Assembly: GCA_040954595.2 (NCBI GenBank)
Contig: CM082591.2
Coordinates: 11,797,309-11,861,308, forward strand
Length of the DNA: 64,000 nt
Direction: 5' to 3'
From: Balanoglossus misakiensis
Taxonomy: Eukaryota > Animalia > Hemichordata
Shown here one piece after another: positions 54,001-64,000 of the stretch. A model generated the notes under the pieces. The model was not told the origin of the DNA, did no database searches, and saw nothing but the letters and a program-made list of their open reading frames with translations. Positions within the stretch are counted from its first letter, which is position 1. Every line of letters begins with the position of its first letter. The position numbers and the translations under genes were made by a program.

Positions 54001-55919
54001 ACGGCACATCATGACAAAATCTTTGTGAATATGGTGCTAGCATCATGTTTATAGCAGATCATGTGTATTCATACTTGTGGGCCAAATGACCTTAATATGT
54101 GGTTTGTTGTATGACTTAATTATAACACACACACCCAGTATTTTTAATAGTCCTGCTTGAAAGATCACAGAGTGTCTTTGGCTACTGAAAAGCACCACCA
54201 CAATAAGAGATAACTCACAACACCGAAGAGTAAATCTCTAAAGTTGTACCGGTAATTTAAACCAAGTATGGAAATTGGGATGTACGGTAGCTTTGATGAG
54301 GAATAATTCTAGAATTACAACATACCTCATGCTGTTGACTGGTATACCAAAGGACTGCACAAACAAGACCAACTGAGCTGGTTCCAAGTCTTCCAGGGCT
54401 GAAAAAAATGACAAATTCAGGATGAAAACAACAAAAGTTTGGTGAGAAAAGATCCCAAGTTGAATTGACACACAGATTGGCAGATATTTCCACGAAATAT
54501 CACATGTAAATGGTGCAACAACAGATTAACCGATCAGGCCATGACAAATACTGCACCTCTTCACAAAAACTGCTGGGTTGCAATTTATAGCATAAAATTA
54601 CTGTAAAACAGGAAATTTTTGTGATATCACAAGAAAGCTGACTATTCCATTGCTCACATTGTTTCTTTGCGACCATTTATTTTCACGTTTTTTGGCTCTC
54701 ACGAAATTCGCAAAAATTTCCCCTTTTACAATAGTATGGTTGGATCTATACAATGTATACATTGAATGGGGATGAACACTGGACAGTGGAGCATTCTATA
54801 TTAAAATTTGGGAAAACATTGAAGCCATATTAAGGTCATACTTGATTAAGCTGAAAGTCGGCACAGAATAAATTTGAAATTCAATTGGCTACAAAAATTG
54901 ACTTTTCTGCCATTCTGAGATCTCCATGCTGAGCTCAATTATGTTGCTGCTTCATATAGTGGTCAGCAATAAAAACTTACTACTGTTACAGTGGTTATAC
55001 ATGTAACTCTTATTAAATGTTTTTTTTCTTGTTTTATCATGAAATCTGACAATATCACGAAATCTGACTGTGGGTGGCACGACAGAATAAAACTGGTTTT
55101 CGTCTCAACTTTTGTACATGTAGTGACACAATGAAAGAATGACAGAGAAACTGCTAACAGACAGATTATTATAATTTTTTTACCTTTTCATGTCACTTTT
55201 ATAAAACACTGCATGGCAACAAATGTGAACCATGAACAATTTGCAAGACAATGAACTAGAAGTTGAACGAGATTTGAAGACCTGCTCTGGAAGTAATTGA
55301 TTGACACTCACCCATGAGTAAGATTCCGCATGGGGCTGTGTGGCTTTCTTCAAGTAATTGTAGAATATATGTAACATGGATGTCAGTGTACATAGTGTTG
55401 GTCTGGTCGGCACTGATGTCTCTACACAGCATGGAGCTGAGTATGGTGGGCCTTTCTACAATCAACTGAGCTAAATCCTAGAATCAGAAAGGTAGCAGTG
55501 AAGTAAAATCAAATATGTTTGTCAAAACAACAACAACAATAACAACACACATAATCATATTCAAATAAAAATCACTTGGTTCATGCTTAGAACTTTCTAT
55601 AAACTTACTCTTTTTTTTTGCACATACTCCAATGAAAATACTGTTTGATATATAGATCACAGACTTTTGCATTTTCAACTGTTTTTGTTCTAATACTATT
55701 TGTGTGTAGCCCTCACCCAGAACCTGTATGTATGATTCACAATCATATGTCTTTATTTGTTTCTACCAGAGGTCTCCACGACTCATACTGGAAATACACA
55801 AATCATCATCTTACCAATGCAAGGTCGGCCATTTCATGAAGCTGATTGGTCGAAGAATATTTGGAGAGGAACATGATGTACGCACTGATGGTGAGTGGCT
55901 CTGTTTCCATCTGGCAAGC
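48096..55919 (-). pseudogene. INTS1: INTS1 fragment copy 7
   Basis: Same exon set; haplotype switches to the unit-1 type near 52.7 kb. Confidence 0.9.
49101..50209. mobile_element. Same TIR element, unit 7 (1109 bp)
   Basis: Same TIRs, TSD and position in the unit. Confidence 0.93.
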
Positions 55920-56183
55920 CTTAGGACTAACAGCACATCGCTCACTGTGTTAAACGGCACAAAAGTTACAATTTCTGTCAAACTCTGCACCTATTCTAGT
56001 TTCCCCCCAAAAAGTTCACGAAAATGGCAAGCTAGACTTCAGTGTTATATTGAAATTCTACATTAAATTAAGCACTAAGCCTCATATATTGGCAACTCAT
56101 TCTCCACATGAGGCATTTTCAGATCTTTACACGATTTTCTGTGTACAAAGATCAACCTGAAGAAGTATGATGCAATTTCTCAC

Positions 56184-59100
56184 CTAGTTGAGTCTGTCCT
56201 TGGTTTGAGTAACCAATCGATACATTTATGCAAAGTCTGCCAATTGCTCTGGTGGCTCAACAGTGCCAGCATATAAGCACTGCACGAACTTTGAACTTTG
56301 CCCTCTGTTCTGGGTTTGTGCGTCTTGACAAAGAGTAACTGGTGTTGCAGTTGAGGGCAACTTTGCACAATCTCGGGGTCCAGGAGCTCCAGCCAATCAA
56401 TAAGCAGCCCTGCCGTTGACCAGCCTAATTCGCATCTGTGTGTAATTAAAGAGAAATATACAGTCAGTGGAGTAAAGGGTATAACACAATCATACTGATG
56501 GAATTCTCACTACCTGAAATAGGTTTTTGCTACCTAGGTGAGTGATGAATAAAGGTCTAATGTCCTCTCTGATATAACATACTAGTGTATGGTAAATGTC
56601 TTTCAGAGATCTACACATTAAAGGGACAAACTCTCTACAGTTAATTCATTTTGGGGAGATTTTTACTCTCATATCCTACAAACGGGATGGAAGTTGTGTG
56701 TGGTCGAACATTGATTCACTATATATCCACATGTAGAATAACATAAATGGTGTCTTGTATCAAACATAATGTATGGAAAAAGGGCAGCGAGAGAGAGACT
56801 TTGTCCCTTTAAATATCATAGCTGGCATACAGTTATAAATATGCATTTTTTGATTTATGTCTTGCAAGTACAAAACTGTTCTTTATTAAAAAGAAATACA
56901 GACAAGGTGATCCCAGGAACATAAAACCCAAAACTCAAAGCTACCAGACAGATGAGTCTTGAGATAAACTTGGACTTACTTGTCAATCAATCTGGACTGC
57001 TCTTGTAACAACAACTCACTCAATGCTTCACTGGTGCTGGATGATTTTGTTGGCACTTGCATAGCAACAGATAAGGCTTTATTCAGAAACTCTTCTAGTT
57101 GGCTGGAATTGGCGCCTGTCAGCTGGTGATACACTGCATATGGTGCAAAGTCAAACAAAATTCACCCAATCATAAAATGTATCATTAACATGATCATACC
57201 ATAAAAAATGTGAATGAATTACAATTATAGCGTGCGCATATTGAATCATACGAAATCACACCAAATAACGCGAGACTTAGAAATAACATTACATGTGTAT
57301 GGTGCCACTTAAACGACACCATTTATTCTTTTTGAGCCTAAATCATGTTTAACCACAACTAGACAACCACAATGACCTTGTGAGAATGAAACCCACCAAT
57401 AAATACATGTAGATAATCTGAAGCTATCACAGAAACAGAATGTCTTTGACAAAGTATTGCAAAGCCTTCAGTTGACCGCGAAAAAGTTGACGAAGCATGC
57501 ATGTGGAAAGTGGAGTGTTGACAACAATGTGAATATATGCACGATAGCTTGCTGCGCTCGCACTCAGGTCAAACCTGTTACATATTACCAAAAATGTGGA
57601 TCTATATAATTAACATTGGGTCCGTTCCTTCTTATCCCACTCGTGTTTCTGTTTGTTTGGTGAGAATATCTAATAGGTTAGCCCCTTTCACTCCCAGTTC
57701 CTTCTTTAGAGGTCCAACCTTACCATAGAAAACGATGGGTTTGAACTGGAACATGGCGGTGAAAGGGTTCAGGTGCTTGAGGGAGTGTTAAAAATGTAGA
57801 CTTTACCTTTCTATAACATGTCTCTATCTACAGCCATCCGTCCCTCAGTGACGGCTTCAATGATTTCACTCACTTCATCCAAGTTGCCACCACTGGCTTT
57901 GATGGGACTTTTCTCACTGCTCAGGGATTTCGCTGGAAGGAAGGACGTAAGACTGGAATTAAGGCATACGTCCCTACATAAAGGGAGGACATTTGGACAT
58001 GATACCACAAATGGTTAATGGAGTTTCTGGGAAGGTTTTCAAATTCCAGGAATTTCCAGGAGTGTACGAATCCAGTTAAGAATTCTTTATGTCATGTGAT
58101 CTGGCCATGTGACCTGCAGCATTGTCATTTCCAGGTGACGGCAAACAACATAGTGGCATCCAGTAAAAGTTTTCCACGTATGTAAGTACTTAAGAACCGC
58201 CAGACATGTAACATGTATCAGGTATAGTACCTCATCAGCCTCATGGCATTTTGTCTGCACAGTCTTTGTCTGCACCACGTTGCTGAAGTTGCCTGTCATC
58301 TGGAAAATTGAATGCCAACGTATTTGCGCTTGAGAGCATCTGGCGTCTTTTGATATCAAAGAATAAATGCATTGTACAAACTTGAAAGTATGTAGAATTT
58401 TTCTATTTATCCTGTGTGATATAGTGAAAACGCTCAAGTTACAGTTTGTGTATGGTTTTGAGAATTATTTCACTGCTTGAGGTAAGTGAAATAAACAGCT
58501 CACCTTGTTGTCTGTTGACTTTTTCATACTGGTTGAGAAGTTTTGTAAACACACTGTTTTCAGACTTTGATGAACTCAAAATTGCAGACACTAGCTGGAC
58601 AAATCTCATCATATCTTCCTTCTTTTCAAGATGTTTCTAAATGATATAAAGGAGTGAGAGTGAGAATTGTGCATGATTATGTCAGTTTTGAACTTTCATG
58701 TCTGTTTTGGACTGAGAGCTGTTGAATGAGAGAGAGAGAGGGAGAGAGAGTTCGCGCTCGAACAATCAGGGGGTCACGCAGACGTAATCTTTTCATTGGC
58801 GTGATACTGATATCACCACGTAACTTGCAATTCCCAAGAGTGCGACTGTACGTACGTAAACTGTATCAAATTCAACTCATTCACGTCATATGAGAGGAGG
58901 TATACCGTGCGAATGCGAGCGCTGGGGGAACCGGGTACCGCCTACTTGAAATGGACCTCTTCCCTTAGTGAAGTCAAATAATCATAATTATCTATCATGT
59001 AAGAAGTCAAAAATGTAAGAGAATGTTTTAATAAATATGTCAACTTATTATTTATATTCCCCTGTATATATTCCCCTGTAAATGTCTCATAATTTGAGGA

Positions 59101-62100
59101 ATAATATTTTGGAAGCTGAACGGAAGTTGCAACTCAAATCAAATTTCAACTTCTCCAATATATGGAATAACACTATAAGCCTACTGACTTGAGAAACTCA
59201 AATTGAATTTCAAATTCTCGAACAAACGAAAATATGTTTGAATGTAAGTAATCTTACTATAAAATTGACATGCAATTACCTGTCGTTGGTGAAGCAAACT
59301 GAACAATGGACATGACAAATGATGTTTTCTGTGTAGATTATAAATAAACTGACTCTCATCACTTGATGTTAGGATTTCTTGCATTGCCAGAATGATGTGA
59401 TCACCAGAATTCTCTGATGAATCAAACAATTTCAGCCTGGAGATTTCCCTGGACAGTGTCTGTGTGAGAAATGATGGCAAAATATTAATATCATTTATTA
59501 GGAAACCTGGCCAGTCACTGAGAAATCTGTCGGCCTTTACAAAGTATAGTTCATAATCTTCTCATAAAATGATAAAGTTGCCGCAAAGGTATACAGTCAC
59601 CTATAATTTACATACGCCCATATATGGCTGAAATGGCGTATTTGAGGGTTCTAAAGGACATGTGGCGGCGCTCTTTTTTGCGCGTGTGCCACCCACTGAA
59701 AATCTGTGATTGGCTAGATCTCAAGTTTACCATGGTAACTGTAGTTAAATTACCATAGGTGACAATATACCTTAACATATCATATTTCTTCTGGGAAGTG
59801 TAATTGTTTTAAGATCAAATATTACATGTACATACCAATTGTATGCCTCTCAGATATTGTCTTTCCGTTGATGCACTCAATTTGTGCTCACCAATACTGA
59901 ATAGCTGTAAATATAATCAAAGGAGAAGAAATCACTCACTCATTAGCAATGATACTGCAAAAGTGGAAGTGACTGATTTTGAGTATGAAGTTGGAAAAGA
60001 GTCCCAGTACAGTGTAGAGAGGTTTCCAGATTAGGTAGATTTTGCTGTCCAACCATTTTCACACAACGGCCATAAAACTTAAAGAAGAACTATTAAATTA
60101 CCCAGCCTGATAAGTTTTGTGGTGTTTGGAAAGTCGTCCATGTCTGATGACACAAGATCAGCTTTTGATTGTAACATGAGACATGATCAGTTGTGTTTTG
60201 GTTCAAAAGAACATGACCTGGTTTAAGAAGCCTTGCAACTTCAGGTGACTACAGAAGGAGCTATACTGTGCCCATTGGCCTTGATTTGACTGAGAAACCA
60301 TGATTTACTGAAAAGCCACTTGGAAAAGGGTCCACTTTATTTCTAAACCAAACTTACCTTCAGGAAGATCATCTTGGCTGACTCTTGACTATCTACAGTG
60401 ACTTTTCTTGCATCCATCTTGGCTGCAACATCTTTCTTTTCATCCACCTGCATTGCCTCACTTTTCTCCTCTTTCTTTTCCTCATCTGCAAATAAAAATT
60501 GTGTTATGTCCAGGAAATATTATTTACTTTATGAGAAGAAACTGGAATATCTAGCTTTGCAAATCAGTTAGTGAAATAAGAGAACGCAAACAATTAATTG
60601 TCATGAAATAGTCACCTCTGTTAATATCGCGAAAAATTTCCCATCACAAAAATTACCAAGATTACACTAACCTAAAAATATAAAATCCTAATAATGTCCA
60701 AAGTTGAAGAATTCTATATGTATGACTTAACTTTTGAGACACTATTTCACAACACAAATACTAGTACCTTTGTTCTCTTTATCCAGGAATGAATTTTTTT
60801 CCACCTTCTGCTCCTCTCATCTGTTGAACTTCCACTAACTGAGCCATGTATCCTTTGTCAACCACAGCCTGTTCCATACTGTACAGATCTTGTCTGCAGG
60901 CCATGTCGAGATGCTGCAGTAGTTTGCTGTGAAAAGAAACAGAAGTGTTACATGTGTATGTGTGTTACAGGGCCAGATCACGGCACATCATGACAAAATC
61001 TTTGTGAATATGGTGCTAGCATCATGTTTATAGCAGATCATGTGTATTCATACTTGTGGGCCAAATGACCTTAATATGTGGTTTGTTGTATGACTTAATT
61101 ATAACACACACACCCAGTTTTTTTAATATTCCTGCTTGAAAGATCACAGAGTGTCTTTGGCTACTGAAAAGCACCACCACAATAAGAGATAACTCACAAC
61201 ACCGAAGAGTAAATCTCTAAAGTTGTAATTTAAACCAACTATGGAAATTGGGATGTACGGTAGCTTTGATGAGGAATAATTCTAGAGTTACAACATACCT
61301 CATGCTGTTGACTGGTATACCAAAGGACTGCACAAACAAGACCAACTGAGCTGGTTCCAAGTCTTCCAGGGCTGAAAAAAATGACAAATTCAGGATGAAA
61401 ACAACAAAAGTTTGGTGAGAAAAGATCCCAAGTTGAATTGACACACAGATTGGCAGATATTTCCACGAAATATCACATGTAAATGGTGCAACAACAGATT
61501 AACCGATCAGGCCATGACAAATACTGCACCTCTTCACAAAAACTGCTGGGTTGCAATTTATAGCATAAAATTACTGTAAAACAGGAAATTTTTGTGATAT
61601 CACAAGAGAGCTGACTATTCCATTGCTCACATTGTTTCTTTGCGACCATTTATTTTCACGTTTTTTGGCTCTCAAGAAATTCGCAAAAATTTCCCCTTTT
61701 ACAATAGTATGGTTGGATCTATACAATGTATACATTGAATGGGGATGAACACTGGACAGTGGAGCATTCTATATTAAAATTTGGGAAAACATTGAAGCCA
61801 TATTAAGGTCATACTTGATTAAGCTGAAAGACGGCACAGAATAAATTTGAAATTCAATTGGCTACAAAAATTGACTTTTCTGCCATTCTGAGATCTCCAT
61901 GCTGAGCTCAATTATGTTGCTGCTTCATATAGTGGTCAGCAATAAAAACTTACTACTGTTACAGTGGTTATACATGTAACTCTTATTAAATGTTTTTTTT
62001 TCTTGTTTTATCATGAAATCTGACAATATCACGAAATCTGACTGTGGGTGGCACGACAGAATAAAACTGGTTTTCGTCTCAACTTTTGTACATGTAGTGA

Positions 62101-62895
62101 CACAATGAAAGAATGACAGAGAAACTGCTAACAGACAGATTATTATATATTTTTTTACCTTTTCATGTCACTTTTATAAAACACTGCATGGCAACAAATG
62201 TGAACCATGAACAATTTGCAAGACAATGAACTAGAAGTTGAACGAGATTTGAAGACCTGCTCTGGAAGTAATTGATTGACACTCACCCATGAGTAAGATT
62301 CCGCATGGGGCTGTGTGGCTTTCTTCAAGTAATTGTAGAATATATGTAACATGGATGTCAGTGTACATAGTGTTGGTCTGGTCGGCACTGGTGTCTCTAC
62401 ACAGCATGGAGCTGAGTATGGTGGGCCTTTCTACAATCAACTGAGCTAAATCCTAGAATCAGAAAGGTAGCAGTGAAGTAAAATCAAATATGTTTGTCAA
62501 AACAACAACAACAATAACAACACACATAATCATATTCAAATAAAAATCACTTGGTTCATGCTTAGAACTTTCTATAAACTTACTCTTTTTTTTTTGCACA
62601 TACTCCAATGAAAATACTGTTTGATATATAGATCACAGACTTTTGCATTTTCAACTGTTTTTGTTCTAATACTATTTGTGTGTAGCCCTCACCCAGAACC
62701 TGTATGTATGATTCACAATCATATGTCTTTATTTGTTTCTACCAGAGGTCTCCACGACTCATACTGGAAATACACAAATCATCATCTTACCAATGCAAGG
62801 TCGGCCATTTCATGAAGCTGATTGGTCGAAGAATATTTGGAGAGGAACATGATGTACGCACTGATGGTGAGTGGCTCTGTTTCCATCTGGCAAGC
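56184..62895 (-). pseudogene. INTS1: INTS1 fragment copy 8 (no 1.11-kb insertion)
   Basis: Same exon set; empty insertion site CATTAA at 57183-57188. Confidence 0.9.
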
Positions 62896-63159
62896 CTTAG
62901 GACTAACAGCACATCGCTCACTGTGTTAAACGGCACAAAAGTTACAATTTCTGTCAAACTCTGCACCTATTCTAGTTTCCCCCCAAAAAATTCACGAAAA
63001 TGGCAAGCTAGACTTCAGTGTTATATCGAAATTCTACATTAAATTAAGCACTAAGCCTCATATATTGGCAACTCATTCTCCACATGAGGCATTTTCAGAT
63101 CTTTACACGATTTTCTGTGTACAAAGATCAACCTGAAGAAGTATGATACAATTTCTCAC

Positions 63160-64000
63160 CTAGTTGAGTCTGTCCTTGGTTTGAGTAACCAATCGATACA
63201 TTTATGCAAAGTCTGCCAATTACTCTGGTGGCTCAACAGTGCCAGCAAATAAGCACTGCACGAACTTTGAACTTTGCCCTCTGTTCTGGGTTTGTGCGTC
63301 TTGACAAAGAGTAACTGGTGTTGCAGTTGAGGGCAACTTTGCACAATCTCAGGGTCCAGGAGCTCCAGCCAATCAATAAGCAGCCCTGCCGTTGACCAGC
63401 CTAATTCGCATCTGTGACAATGTGTAATTAAAGAGAAATATACAGTCAGTGGAGTAAAGGGTATAACACAATCATACTGATGGAATTCTCACTACCTGAA
63501 ATAGGTTTTTGATACCTAGGTGAGTGATGAATAAAGGTCTAATGTCCTCTCTGATATAACATACTAGTGTATGGTAAATGTCTTTCAGAGATCTACACAT
63601 TAAAGGGACAAACTCTCTACAGTTAATTCATTTTGGGGAGATTTTTACTCTCATATCCTACAAACGGGATGGAAGTTGTGTGTGGTCGAACATTGATTCA
63701 CTATATATCCACATGTAGAATAACATAAATGGTGTCTTGTATCAAACATAATGTATGGAAAAAGGGCAGCGAGAGAGAGACTTTGTCCCTTTAAATATCA
63801 TAGCTGGCATACAGTTATAAATATGCATTTTTTGATTTATGTCTTGCAAGTACAAAACTGTTCTTTATTAAAAAGAAATACAGACAAGGTGATCCCAGGA
63901 ACATAAAACCCAAAACTCAAAGCTACCAGACAGATGAGTCTTGAGATAAACTTGGACTTACTTGTCAATCAATCTGGACTGCTCTTGTAACAACAACTCA
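63160..64000 (-). pseudogene. INTS1: INTS1 fragment copy 9, partial (exon j and the end of exon i)
   Basis: Same sequence; truncated by the window edge. Confidence 0.88.

Larger units (their letters stand above)
1..64000. repeat. Tandem array (macrosatellite) of a ~7.0-8.1 kb unit, 8 full units plus 1 partial; probably continues beyond the window
   Basis: ATGTGTATTCATACTTGTGG recurs at 1, 6971, 15062, 22695, 29823, 37902, 45981, 54061 and 61040. The same short ORF set recurs in the same order and orientation. Units differ only by scattered SNPs/indels, one insertion and two deletions. Confidence 0.99.

Noticed and set aside
163-63344. The many 60-116 aa ORFs in the track as standalone genes
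   Set aside because: They are INTS1 exons extended into intron, antisense shadows of exons, or chance ORFs. Their recurrence only reflects the tandem repeat.
1-64000. A functional INTS1 with tandemly repeated exon cassettes (Dscam-like alternative splicing or a giant repeat protein)
   Set aside because: Shared frameshifts and stops, missing exons and an out-of-frame j-to-z junction; copies are nearly identical, with no sign of diversification.
1-64000. CRISPR array, rDNA, histone or snRNA gene cluster as the explanation for the tandem structure
   Set aside because: No short repeat-spacer pattern and no rRNA, tRNA, histone or snRNA sequence recognised in the unit.

Overview
Eukaryotic, AT-rich DNA, probably from a marine invertebrate (inferred from intron style, frequent TACATGTA and Kolobok/hAT-type MITEs; the taxon cannot be fixed from sequence alone). 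The whole window is a head-to-tail tandem array of a ~7-8 kb unit. Copies of the window's first bases start at 1, 6971, 15062, 22695, 29823, 37902, 45981, 54061 and 61040 (lengths 6970, 8091, 7633, 7128, 8079, 8079, 8080, 6979, then partial). Each unit is an unprocessed internal fragment of the Integrator complex subunit 1 gene (INTS1) on the minus strand: 10 recognisable exons with GT-AG sites, about 490 codons, no start or stop exon. All copies share two frameshifts, a nonsense codon and a block of missing exons, so the fragment was already dead when it amplified. Units differ by a polymorphic 1.11-kb TIR element with a 6-bp TSD (present in units 2-7, absent in 1 and 8), two large deletions (465 and 962 bp) and mosaic SNP/indel haplotypes. 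Units 1-2 recur as units 8-9, suggesting a 7-unit (~54.07 kb) higher-order repeat. No intact protein-coding gene, RNA gene or CRISPR array is supported. INTS1 was recognised from recalled human protein motifs, not from a database search.
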